From NCBI GenBank assembly GCA_965112735.1, contig OZ218952.1, positions 868,001 to 932,000 of the forward strand: a stretch of DNA of 64,000 bases, given 5' to 3'. A program made the position numbers and the translations under genes. This document shows positions 29,168 through 40,928 of this stretch, piece by piece. The notes under the pieces are model-generated. The model saw nothing but the letters and a program-made list of their open reading frames with translations, was not told the DNA's origin and did no database searches. The first letter of the stretch is position 1, and every line of letters starts with the position of its first letter. The stretch is from Phaeosaccion multiseriatum (Eukaryota; Protista; Ochrophyta, other classes).

Positions 29168-31537
29168 ATGCGTCATTCATTAGCCACATTGTTGGTCGCC
29201 ACTTGCCGAGTAGTTGCGAACGATCGACCTCGCTCGGCATTCCTTGTTTCTCATTTTATTCGGCCGAGAAGGGTGTTGAAGAGAGGGTTGAGCGCAATGT
29301 CATGCACAGCATCACCGCCTTCCTTCGTGGATGTGCACTGCCACCTCATTCACGGACAGTTTCCAGGAGAGGAGGCAGACAAGGCGGCTCAGCGAGCAGC
29401 GGACCAAGGCGAGTAGACTTACTTCTCTCTCCCCCTTCACCCCTCTTCCATACTATCTCTCCCTCACCACCCCCCGTCTTCTCTCTGTATGTTTTGTTCT
29501 CCATCTCTCCAACTCCCGCTTCCGCGCAGGTTTGGAGTATTGTATCGTGAATGGCCTCTGTCCGGAAAGCAATCGCGAAGTCATCGAGCTTTGCTCTAGG
29601 CACGAAAATCTCAAGCCCGCCGTTGGCATTTACCCCATCGAAGCTTGCAACGGAGTACTGCGTGCGGAGAGCCTACCGGAGGGATTTAGACCGCCCCCGA
29701 GGTAAATACCACCGGTTGGTTGGGTGGAAGCTCGGGCGAGGAGCGTCCTCTTCCCTCCCCCTCCTCCTCCTGCTCTCCTCCTCCGATAGGTGCTTCTTCG
29801 GTACCCGTCTCCATCTTCCAAGCTGTCGGCCAGCCAACCCCCATCCCAACCGTGTTTTGCAAACGCTTCACTTCCTTTGCACGCACCCCCCCCCCCTCTC
29901 CGCGCTCTCCTCCGCGCTCCTCGTTACAACCCACAAGCTTCAACGTGGACGACGAAGTTGACTGGATAGCCGAGCGAGCGGCGAGTGGAGAGATCATAGC
30001 AATTGGAGAGTGCGGTATGGATGCCCACTACTTGACAGAGGTGGGTATCGTACGGTTACATGCACCATAGACTAGAGGGAGGCAGAGGCAGAGGGCGGGG
30101 CGGCCAAGTGCTGTCTGTGTCTGTTGGCCTCGTGGCGGATTTGTTGCCGCTTGGCTTGCGGGCTGGCCTTGCCTTCCTCCCTCGGGCTCCCCAGCGGGTG
30201 GACGGGGTGTCTACCTCTTTTGGAAGTCATTCGCTGCCCTCAGAGACAGAGTGTGTTGCTCACTTCTCGGCCACTCGCACCACAGGCATGGCAGCGTGTA
30301 TCGTGCGTACTGTGTGTGTGCCCCACCAATCGTGTAAACACACCCCTCTATAGTATAGACATCCCCCTCCTCGTAGAGACGCCGCCAACAACTCCCTTCT
30401 CACCTCCCGCACGCCCATACGCCTGTTGTGTTTCTCTCCTCCAACCAAAACCCGCTTCGTCCGTCCCCGCCATCCCCTCCTCTGTGGTGGGAAAGCACAG
30501 GACGTTCACCTGGCGGAGCAAGAGAGGGTGCTTCGGAGGCTCATCGAAGTGGCCAAGAAGTACGACAAGCCACTCATCCTCCACACAAGAAAGGTGATAA
30601 TATGCGGTGATACGCGGGGGGGGGAGGGCGTGATGGGTCACGGTATATTTAAGAGTCGCCCTCTAGGGGACTTCCGACTTTTCAACACTCTCATCTAGTG
30701 CCATCTACTACAAGTACATTGTAGTGAAGTATACGGTTAATATCAGGTAACAGTGTGTGGGGTTGGGGGATTCGCCCCTGGTGGTAGATGAACGATGACT
30801 CTGACTCTGACCCGGCCCCTGCCCCTGACCCTGACCATGACCCTGACTATGGCCCTGACACCGGCCCTGACCCTGACTCTGACCCTGACCCTCCTCTCCT
30901 CGTCCTTGCTGCTCGGTACGTTTCGTTGGCACACACAGGTGGAGCAACGCGTGTTTGACCTGCTTGTGGAGGAGGGGGTGCGCAGGGCGGACTTTCACTG
31001 CTTCTGCGGAAAGGTCAAGCTGGCCAAGAAAATCGCCGAGGCGGTAAGCAATATAATATGTGTGTACATATATTATATGTATAGAAGGGAGAAGAGGGTA
31101 GTTTATTCGGCTACGTGTACGCTACCAAGCATACCTGCCCTTCCTTAACGCTGCCCTCCTCCTCACAAAGTGGAATGTGCTTCTCCATCCTTTAACACGC
31201 GGCGCGATGCATTGGCGTGACACTGGCCCGTCCGCGCACTCAGCTTTCCCTGGTCTTTTCTCTTGTTCTCTCCTCTCATTTTTTCTCTCTCTCTTACTCT
31301 CTCTCTCTCTCTCTCTCTCTGTGCCGCGTTCTTGACACGCTTCAATGCAAGGGCTATTATCTGAGCATTCCGAGCGGGGTGGAGCGGATGGAGAACTTTC
31401 AGCAGCTTGCGAGAGCATTGCAGCTCGAGAGCATACTCACTGAGACGGTGAGTACTGCACAGCAAGGGGGGGGCAGAGGAAACAACACAGGTTGGACGGG
31501 CAGGCAGGTAGACTGGTAGAGAGTCAGTCAAACAGTC

Positions 31538-31597
<60 letters not shown>

Positions 31598-31986
31598 GAA
31601 CAGGGAGAGTGGTCGAAAAGTGGGCCCTCCCCTTCGCCCGTCCGTCTGCTGCCCCGCTCTCTCGAGTGAGCTACGCCTCCCCCACTCCTCCCCTCCCTCG
31701 CTCCCTTCCCCTCCCCTTCCTCCACTCCCCTCCCTGCGACACACACACGATTGCGCGCACGCAGTCAACACTGTGAATAAACTCCCTCCCTCCCTCCCTT
31801 CCATCCTTCCTTCCTTCCTCTCCCATGGAGTAGGACTCGCCTTACATGGGCCCCGACAAGGGCGGTCGCAACGAGCCTGCTACAGTACCACGGGGGGTGG
31901 CGGCCATAGCGGCGGCAAGAGGGGAGGAACCGCGCGAGGTTGCGCTACAAATACGACGCAACTTCGAAACGCTTTTCCGTCTTTAA
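29168..31986 (+). CDS. tatD: TatD-family metal-dependent DNase with an organellar presequence, 7 exons
   Basis: Motifs FVDVHCHL, AVGIYP, IAIGECGMD, PLILHTRK, ADFHCFCG, GYYLSIP and ILTET|DSPYMGP..RNEP..NFETLF. The stop is TAA at 31986. The first intron (29409-29529) needs a GC donor. Confidence 0.92.
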
Positions 31987-32452
31987 TTTTAAAATAAAAA
32001 TAAGGCAGCTTAAAAGTAAGCTGTATATATATATATATGTTATATATATATATTTATCACATCTTTTTTTTTAACCCCACTGCTGCATGTAAAAAATAAA
32101 TGGATTAAATGCTTTTGAGCTCTTATGCAAGTAATGAATCCTTTAAAAAATGTAAAATAAGAAATATAATAAAAACAGAAAAAAAGAAAAAAAGGGAAGG
32201 GGGAAGGAATAAAATTCCTATCGAAGCTGTAAGTGCACTCCTTCACTCAGTCATCACTCAGGAAGGTGCTGAGCAGAGGCCATCTTTTGACTACCGCAAT
32301 CATAAAAACAGAAATTGGGCCCTAAAAAAGAAGAACATCGCATAACACTCAGAGATGAGTAAGCTCCCTGCCTCCTTCGGCCTTCTACAATAAAATATCA
32401 ACGACTTGTTTGTTTGAAACAAATGCTTCCTCGAAACAATCAATGTACTCAA

Positions 32453-33047
32453 TCAAATGTTGATGCTTCGGGGGACGTACCACGGCAGCAGCGTCTCGTA
32501 CACGTGGCACTTGGCCGCCTTGGTGCCCCCCTCTGGAGCGGCCTTGAGCGCACTCGCAAAGAGTTCATCGTTACGCTCTTCAATCTCTGCGGCCACCACG
32601 GCAATGCGGTCCTCGAAGATCTGGGCTGCCATCTGAGCCTCAGGGTCTGTGAACCAGTCCTCCTCGTACTCGCCAAGCTCTGTGAGAGAGAGAGCAAGTC
32701 GTGTGTGAGTGTGCGTGCGTGTGTGCGTGCGCGTCTGTGTGTGTGGTTTCGGAGGGAGAAGAGTAAGCATCGTTGCCCTTTCGTTCGTTCCCTCCAGTTC
32801 TTTTTCCATGCTTGCTCCCTTCTCCTTCTCCTCCTCCTCCTCCTCCTCCCACCCTCCTCCCGCCTCTTTTCCTTACTTGAGTAGTAAATGCCTCCGAGGA
32901 GCTGTGTAACTTGCAGCTGAAGCAGGGACATCTGAGGAAGAGCGACAAGCACAAACGAAGTGAGGTTTTGAAGTCAGCGGATGCGTTCCATTCCAGTCAT
33001 CACGAAGCAGAGCGGAAGGGGTGGGGGGTGTGAGGCAGACAGGCGGG

Positions 33048-33078
<31 letters not shown>

Positions 33079-36000
33079 ACAGACAGACTGACAGACAGAC
33101 AGACAGACAGGTAGGTATATGTAGGCAGACAGAGGGCTGTAGCTACATACATACCGTGAGGGGCGGCATGTAGGCCCAAAAGTCCGCCTTCGTCCGGCTG
33201 CTGTCCTTCTCCCTCGGGGGTGGGCTGTACATGGCCAGCGGGTAGGCCGGCGTGAAGCTCATGAGAGTCCGCTGAGGGAAGTTGACCGCGGCATGCCTCG
33301 CACTCGCAGTGAAGATGAGACTGGACACGACTTTGCTCAACATCTTGAACTTGTCCTCCGTGGCACCCCACTCCTTCATCCACCCAACCTTACCCCCTTC
33401 CTTGGAAGGGTCGGCGAGGCTCTTAACCCACTCTTGCAACTCCGAGTCATTCCCAATCCTGTCCTCCTGAGTGGCCTGGTCAGTGCCGTAGTAGAGTTGG
33501 AGGTAGGAGGTCACCCACGTCTCAATTTCGGCGTTGAGCTTGTCAGCATCGTCGCGGTAAGGGTAAGGGTAAGGGAACTTCTCGTACTCCATTCCTCGGG
33601 ACGTTGTCTCCACCTTCTCGGGTAGCAACAGCCAGGCCATTGGAGTTGAGTGATGGAATGGGAGGGAGTTGGGAGGGAGGGGAGGGATGGAGGGAGTGAG
33701 GGAAGGAGGGAAGGAGGGAGGGAGGGAAGGAGGGAAGGAGGGAGGGAGGGACGGAAGGGAGGGAGGGACGGAAGGGAGGGGAGGGAGGGGAGAGAGGGAA
33801 GGAGGGAGGGAGGGAGGGAGGGAGGGAGGGATGGAGGGAGGGAGGGAGGGAGGGAGGGAGGGAGGGAGGGAGGGAGGAGTACCACATACACAATGAGTAA
33901 GCAAGCAGTATCAGAAACAGAATGGTATACCTGTCGGAACGCACACCACATATATCGGCACATGACAGCACGCCCACACAAGTCATGTTACGTACTCTTA
34001 CGAACGTACTTGGTGAGAAAACTCGCCGGACAGCCTCTTGAGAGTCCTTTCGGTGATGAGGGTCCAAGCGTCTTCGATGGGCACGCCCATAAGAGCATCC
34101 ACGGGCTGGTCTTTGCCGGCGAGCAGACGGGTAGCGCCTTCGTTGATAAGAGCGGCACCCTGTTTGGGGCATGGGGTGGGGTAACAAGAGAGGGAGAGAG
34201 AGCCAACAGCAAGAGGGGAGGAGGGAGAAGGGGGTTCGCTGAGCTTCAAACGTGTCTGTCTGTCATGTGGTGAAGCCGCGGAACAAAGCCCTCCTTTCCT
34301 CCCTCCCCCCCATAGCAGCACAACCATTCAAGCCACCAAAGAACGAGAGTTTTTCTTCCCCTCCCCCCCCCCCCCCCAGCCACACGCACACACACACATA
34401 CATACGCACACACACGCACACACACGCGCACATATACGCACACATACGCACACACACGCACACACGCGCACCTGTAAGTGAGGTAGGAGGAGCCTGTTGA
34501 GGGGGTGGAGGGAGGGGAGGTGGCGGCGAGTGGCGGCGATGAAGGCCTCACACACCAGGTGGCACTCTCCGAGATGGCCGACACCTTCGTGGTACGCGCC
34601 CTCCATGGCGGTGAAGCACGCCTGTGGTGGCAGTGGTGGTGGTGGTGATGGTGGTGGTGGTGATGATGATGATGATGGTGGTGGTGGTGATGATGGTGGT
34701 GGTGGTGGTGTGGTGGTGGTGGTGGTGATGGTGATGGTGATGGTACAGTAAAGGATTAAAGAAACAAGAAAGAGTTGAGCACAAGCAAGAAATTCTCTCG
34801 CTCGCCCTCGCTCTCTCCTCTCATCCACACCTACACTCACCACCCACCCACCCACCCACCCACCCACGCCCCCCACACCCACCCACCCGACCCACCTTTG
34901 CGATGTCCCAATCCACTCCATCCTCCTTGGTAAAGATGGGGTGCGGCGTGGCTGCTCCTTCCTCTTGAAACAGCTGAATACCCAATGCCTCGAGGGGCAT
35001 GCGCTCCTCCCTCTCCTCCACATTGGGGTTGAGCCCAAACAGCGCCAGGGGCGAACACGCGTACTTTTGAAGGCCCTCCTCAGTCTTACTCCCCTTCACC
35101 CCGGCGAAGCACCCAAAGTCGGCTACAAAGAGCTCATCGGCTGCCATCTTGGTGTCGATGCTCTGCTTGAGCGCGGTGTAGGCACCTGAGGGGTCTTGAT
35201 CGAGGGCCACAAGCTTAGCTCGGTCCTCGGCAGTGGCTCTGCGGATGCCCATGGGGTAAGGGCCGGCCAAGCGGTAGCGGCAGAACGCCTCGTCGAGCTG
35301 TGCAGAAGGATGGAAGGAGAGGAGGGGAGAGGGGGAGGGAGAGAGCGGGAGAGAGAGAGGGGGGGGGGGAGGGAGAGAGAGAGAGAGAGGAGGGAAAGAG
35401 AGGGAAAGAGAGAGATGGAGAGCCAGCCAGGTACAGAGAAGGAGTAAGAAGTGGGAGAGAGGGGGGAGAGAGGAGGAGGAGGAGGAGGAGGAGGAGGAGA
35501 GATGCAGAGAGAGGGATGTGAAGAGAAGAGAGGAGAGTACCAGGGGCATGAAGTTTTGAGAGAGAGGTGTAGAGAGAGCAAGTGCATGCATGTGGATCCT
35601 CTTGCGGGCCGCTGCCTCGACTCTATCTCGTGTGTCTCATCTCACGTACTCCCTCCTCTCCCCCCACTCACGCACGCCACCAACCTGATAGTCTCGAGCC
35701 GAGTGCGGAAGGTCGATGCCCAGCGTGCGAAACTGCTTACGGTACGACTTGTCACTCTCTCGCACGATCCGATGGTTGCCACTATCGTCAACAACGTCGT
35801 CCTCTTCTTCGTCAAGCAGGTCGGCATCAACGCGATTGTCAACTCTGGCGCTCTTGGTGTGAGCGAGCTCATCGAGTAGGTGGTCGGCCTTGTCTTTGCT
35901 CTTGAAGGCGTCCCGCAGTCCGAACAAGGGGGTGTCGTAGGGGCCTTCCACGACCTCCATTGCCTCACGGGCACGGCCGCGGCGCTTGTGGTTGACGAAG

Positions 36001-36982
36001 TTGTACCACCTTTGGAGAGGACGGACGGAGGGAGGGAGGGAAGGGAGGGAAATGACACCGACGAAAGGATAGAGAGTGAGGAGAGTAGAAAGGCATGTTC
36101 GTACATGTAGAGGCCGTTGACTGAACCAGAAGGGCAGAGTTGTCAACTAACATCATGCCAACTCACCAGGCGGAACGAGAAATCCTCTCTTCTCTCTCTC
36201 TCTTCCTCCCCTTCTCTACTACACTCACCCAAGCCACCGAACCACATGAAAGACGGTCCCGGCAAGCTTTGCAATCCACAACCGTGGAGGAGGAAACTCG
36301 GGATCTGGCAAGCTGTCCAGGTACGGAGTCCCGACAGGGATTCTGTCGTCGGTGTACGCGTACTCTTCCCTCATTTCAGTGAGCTCCTTTGCTCGGGCCC
36401 GAGGATCGCTGGCCTCGTCCTGGCATCGAGGCAGAGCAGTGATGGAGGCAAGGCCGGGCGAGGGAGAGAGAGGGTAGAAGGGGGAAAGTAACACGAAGAA
36501 GAGAGAGGAAGAGCAGGAAGAAAGCGGGATGTTGTTAGGAACAGTCCACGACTTGCGCCAAAGGGGAGCAGGAGGAAAACCCTCTCTCCCTCCCCTCTTC
36601 CCTTCCTCCCCCTCCCCCCCTTTGGACTGCTCCTGCTGCCTTTGCCTTCGCGCAGTCTCCCTTCCCCATGCACATCGCCCGGCCCTGCTTACCCCTTCCC
36701 TCTGTCCTGTCCTGCCCGCCTCGGCCGCTCACTCGCCTGCGGCAGACAGACTTCCTCCTCGTCTTCATCGTTGAAGAAGAAGCGCCTCAAATTAAGGCAC
36801 AGTCCTGTTGCGCGTGTCCCTCCCCTGTTGAGGGGTGCGATGCTTGCGCTTCTCCTCGTGACGGAGAGACTGCTTCTGGCACCGACGACGGTGCCAGGAG
36901 GGGACAGAAAGCCCAGTACTTGGGGAGAAGTGAATAGAAGGAGTCCGCAATGAACAAGAAGGGGGAGGTGATGGCCCACCAT
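32453..36982 (-). CDS. LOX: Lipoxygenase, plastid-targeted, bacterial-type N-terminus, about 9 exons
   Basis: The His cluster HEGVGHLGECHLVCE..RHLPSLHPLNRLLLPH, the motif IFTASARHAAVNFPQ and the C-terminal iron ligand PRSINI* are present, along with DSELQEWV and YPYRDDA. Exon 1 (36982-36737) encodes a signal peptide ..QVLG|FLSP plus transit peptide. Confidence 0.93.
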
Positions 36983-37516
36983 TCCTCTGCTCGATGTTCT
37001 CTGCTCTACTCACGTCTTCTCCGTCGGGCGGAAGTGTTTGTTTCACGTGAAGTGTTTGTTTGTGTGCAAAAATTGTTACATGCAACATCAAGGCCCCCTA
37101 ACATACATACCTTACGCTGTACCCCCGCTTATCGCTTCTCCGCTTCTCCTAACTCCGATGATAGGATAGAGCCAGTTTGTGTGTGTGTGCCCCGCCGCCG
37201 CATCCCGCCGCCATACCGCCCGAAGGATTTTTTGCTCCACGCTTTTCGGAAAAATATCAAAATTCTGCAGGGGTAAAAAAGGTTTAAGATTTCCCCAGGG
37301 AGTTGGGTATTCAATTGGCGACGACCCTCCTGCTCGACTCCTTCGCCGATAGCTCAGCTATCAGCTATCGGCGGGGCCTAATAGCGCGCTATTGGCACGC
37401 ATCAATGACTCGGGGGCTGGCGCCGGCAAAATCAGGCCGCGCGTCGGCTGCGCCGACGTCAGGGGTTCATCCCGCTGCTGTTTACTCTGAGGCAGAGGGA
37501 GACAGCGGCCCCACTC

Positions 37517-38125
37517 GTGGCAACGGCGCGAGTTTCGCTCTCTCGCATCCTCAGCACAATCCCTGTCGCTGGGCGTTCGTTTGCCGCGTTCCGCATCAAG
37601 GGGGGAGGACCTAATTACCCACCCCTCCCCCACATTTTGCTGAGCGAGGAACTGTCGGGCCCCGAGACCGCTTCATCGGGGGGGGGGTGGCTTCTGCAGT
37701 GGAGGGCGGCAGCACGTTCGGTTATTTCACCCACAGCCCACAGTAATGCTGGTAATGCTGGTGGTTCCGGCAGGGGCAGTCCCACAAACGCTCTCACAGC
37801 GGAGGGCATACGTTCCTGGATGGAACAGTAGGGTCTGGGGGCGCAGCCTTCGGCTCCCGAACACTCTATCTCCGTGAGACCAGGGCAGCAGGCGATGCAG
37901 GAGCAACAGGAGAATCTTCGGGGGATGCGGGAGGCGATAGCCCCTGAGATAGAGAGGAACTGTCGATCCGCCTCGATTTCCTGACGGGGGCACTACAAGC
38001 GCTGGTCAACCGGCAATCCTCTCCTCCTCCTCAGCGGATGGAGCGTAGCTACTACATCACCGCCGAGAGGACGTGCTCAGCAGGCACACTATCAGCCGTC
38101 TGCACCGTCGCAGCAGCAGCAGCAA

Positions 38126-38157
<32 letters not shown>

Positions 38158-39250
38158 GCAGCCGCAGCAGCCTCATCAGCCGCAGCATCAGCAGCCTCCA
38201 TCCCTATTGCCACAGTCGAGCTACCATCAGCAGTGGTCGCCTCAGCACTCGGCAACCGCAGTGCAACCTCAGTATCAGCCATGGCCCCCTTTTCAGCAGC
38301 AGTGACTACCGCAGCAGATGGCAGCCGCAGTACCGCAGCAACAACAGCAGTGGTCACCGCAGCAGTCGGCAGCCACAGGGCTGCCTCAGCAGCAGCAGTG
38401 GCCCCCTCAGCAGCAGCAGGGGCAACCTCAGCAGCAGCAGGGGCAACCTCCGCAGCACCCGGCGTGGCCTCAGCCGTAGCAGTGGCAGCCTCACCCGCAG
38501 CCGCAGCAACCTCCACAGCGGTCGTCACAGCAGTAGCAGTAGCAGCATGTCCCTCCGTCACAGCAGTAGCAGCATGCCCCTCCGCAGCATCCTCCACAGT
38601 GGCAGTCGCAGCGGACAGAGAGCTCCCAGCAGCATCGGCATCAAAGGAAGGAGAAGGTGCAACAGTTGCTCCATGTGAGGGTATTTAGGGAGGCCGACCA
38701 TGCGAAACAGAGAGCCCCGATAGAAGAGAAGGAACAGGGCCGTCAGCACGAAGAGAAGAAGGAGATGGAACAGAGGCAGCGGTTGCAAGAGAAACAGCAG
38801 GAACTGGAGGAAGAGCAGATGCGTCGTAGACTGCTGGAGGAGAAGGCACGACATCTGCAGGAAGAGGAGGCGAGACAGCAGCTGCAGTTGGAGGATGAGA
38901 AGGTAAAACAGCAGCTGCAGACTGAGGAAGAGGAGAAGGCACAGCAACAGCAACAGCAGCAGCTGCAGCTGCAGGAAGAGGAGAAGAGGGCTGAACAGCT
39001 GCTGTATGAGGAGGAGTTGCAGGAACAGCAGCGGAGGCTGCAAGACGAGGAGGATCGTAAAATGTGGCTACACCCGCAAGAGGGCCAGGAGCAACATGAA
39101 CAGCATGACCATCAGCAGCAGCGGAAGCAGTTGGGGCCGAAGGACGCGGCACGAGTACCGCTCCCAGCAGGCGTTGCAACAACAGTTTGTGCACGCAGCA
39201 GACCGATTTACAGACCTCACTGCCTACTGGGGGCCCCCCTCTGTCGATAG
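37517..39250 (+). pseudogene. Gln/Pro-rich plus coiled-coil reading frame (578 codons) interrupted by 8 in-frame stops, with no frameshift
   Basis: ORFs 37517..37831 and 38657..39250 share one frame. Between them the frame reads QQWPPQQQQGQPQ-type repeats. TAG occurs at 37829, 38135, 38477, 38534, 38540 and 38567, and TGA at 37982 and 38303. Confidence 0.65.
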
Positions 39251-40029
39251 CCCACACAACGATTGTCATTCCACTTCGGTATGGCGTGGAGGAGAAGCAA
39301 AGCAGGGACAGCAGCTCCACGATACCGGGGGAGGTTCAGCCGCTCTCGAGTCCACAGCAAGCGGAGATGAACGGCCCCAACCGACTTGGTCAGATGTATC
39401 CTGGGCGGCTGGCACCAGCAGGCATTGGAACGGCCGTTAGTAGCCCTGCAGTCGGGAGACAGCGGCCCCACAACACCATACGACCGGGCGTGAACAATCT
39501 ACTCTGTAGCTCAGCGCCGCACGACACGTATTCGACTCCTGTGGCACCCATCGGAGTAGGGCACGCCTTCCATGGCGGGGCCCTTGGGTCCCTCCAAGGA
39601 CGAGGCTGCCACGGCCAGTACCGCGGAGGGTGTCATCGACATGTTGAGAGGAGAGCCGGGCAAACGTGGCGCTACAAGCAAATTCGAGAGTACGATGCAG
39701 CTTCGAAACGTTGTTCCGTCTGTGAGTAGAAAGCTTCGAGTGAATGCGAGCGTATATTTATGTGTAAGAAGTGAAGTGTATAGTGTAAACTTAAGAAACA
39801 CTAAGAAATACGGGTGCCCTTTGCTTCTAAGTATTGCTTCTTCCTAAGGCTTTGAAGTAAGCCCCCCTCCACCCGGTTGAGGAGAGAGGCAGAACGATGC
39901 ATAGAACAGCAGTCCTCGCACGTTACCGGCTGATGGCCGCTTCCTTCCCAGTGGCAGGTGAGTGGCGCCTCGCGACCTCTCGCTGGCGTGGCCGCCGCGT
40001 AACACGCCACTGGTGATGCCTCCGACGTT

Positions 40030-40494
40030 TTAGTCCGTAGCTGCCTGACCAAGTCTACCACATAATCGACTTGTCCTGGAAGAAAGGCAGTCATCAATTC
40101 TCCGCTGTGCCCTGCCAGTGTAAGCGCAATTACTATCACTCTGGTCACAACAGAAGGGCATGGAACTGAGGTGTTCCTGCCAGAAGACCATACTTCCAGA
40201 TTTCTGGCGCTCTCTACAAGAGCTTGGCGGAGAGCATTCGTCGGTGCGTGTGGTGTGGATGGTGGTGGCGGTACTGTTCGTCCGGCCGCTGGAATGCGCC
40301 TTCAAATCTTCTGCCCCTCCCCGAATAAGAAGAGTGGAGCCTCTCCGAACGATGAAGGGGGGCGGGGTGCCCGGCATCGGCTGCTCTTCGGTACCCTCTC
40401 TGCTCTCGTCGCCTGCACCCGACGTATGCGGCTTTGCTTTCGCCTTTCTCTTCCTCCACGCGTGCTCTGGCATTTGGCTCACTCCCGAACCCAT
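40030..40494 (-). CDS. Hypothetical small protein with an N-myristoylation-like start (MGSGVSQM); may itself be degenerate
   Basis: A 154 aa ORF that is clearly paralogous to 27580-27942 (RRGSTLLI, ECSPP, PFxCD.SD, RR.DD). Confidence 0.5.
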   Translation of the reverse strand: MGSGVSQMPEHAWRKRKAKAKPHTSGAGDESREGTEEQPMPGTPPPFIVRRGSTLLIRGGAEDLKAHSSGRTNSTATTIHTTRTDECSPPSSCRERQKSGSMVFWQEHLSSMPFCCDQSDSNCAYTGRAQRRIDDCLSSRTSRLCGRLGQAATD

Positions 40495-40928
40495 GGTTTA
40501 ATATCCAGGCACCGCCCGACTCGATGATGCTCATGTATTGTACATGTGTGTTGATTGTGTTCTTTGCTTTGTTCTTGGCACGGCCGGGCTCCTTCTTGCC
40601 TGGGGCCGTAGTAGTACGTACAAGCAGGGGCGTTTTGGCGATTCAAGCCATGCAGAGACATGTGTGGCGCACTTTGACGGACAGATGTTGAGAGTAACGC
40701 AGGGGGTTTTTATTGTTATAATTCTTCTTCTTTTGGTGTGTTCTTGCGAACTTGTGAAACGTTGATTTTCTGTAACTGTCGGGTTGGTTGGGCATCCTCC
40801 ACAGGTGGGCGACGTTGGGGTGCCTTTTTGGGGTGCCAAAATTGGCTGTTGGACCTTTTATCACAATCCAGGCCATCCATCACATATCCGCGTTGCACGT
40901 GGCGCCAGATAGTACAAGGACTGAGAAG

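Noticed and set aside
37517-39250. Genome-wide UAG=Gln recoding
   Set aside because: Genes in the window end with TAG (1773, 16463, 17650, 25968, 47820), and conserved exons show no in-frame TAG.
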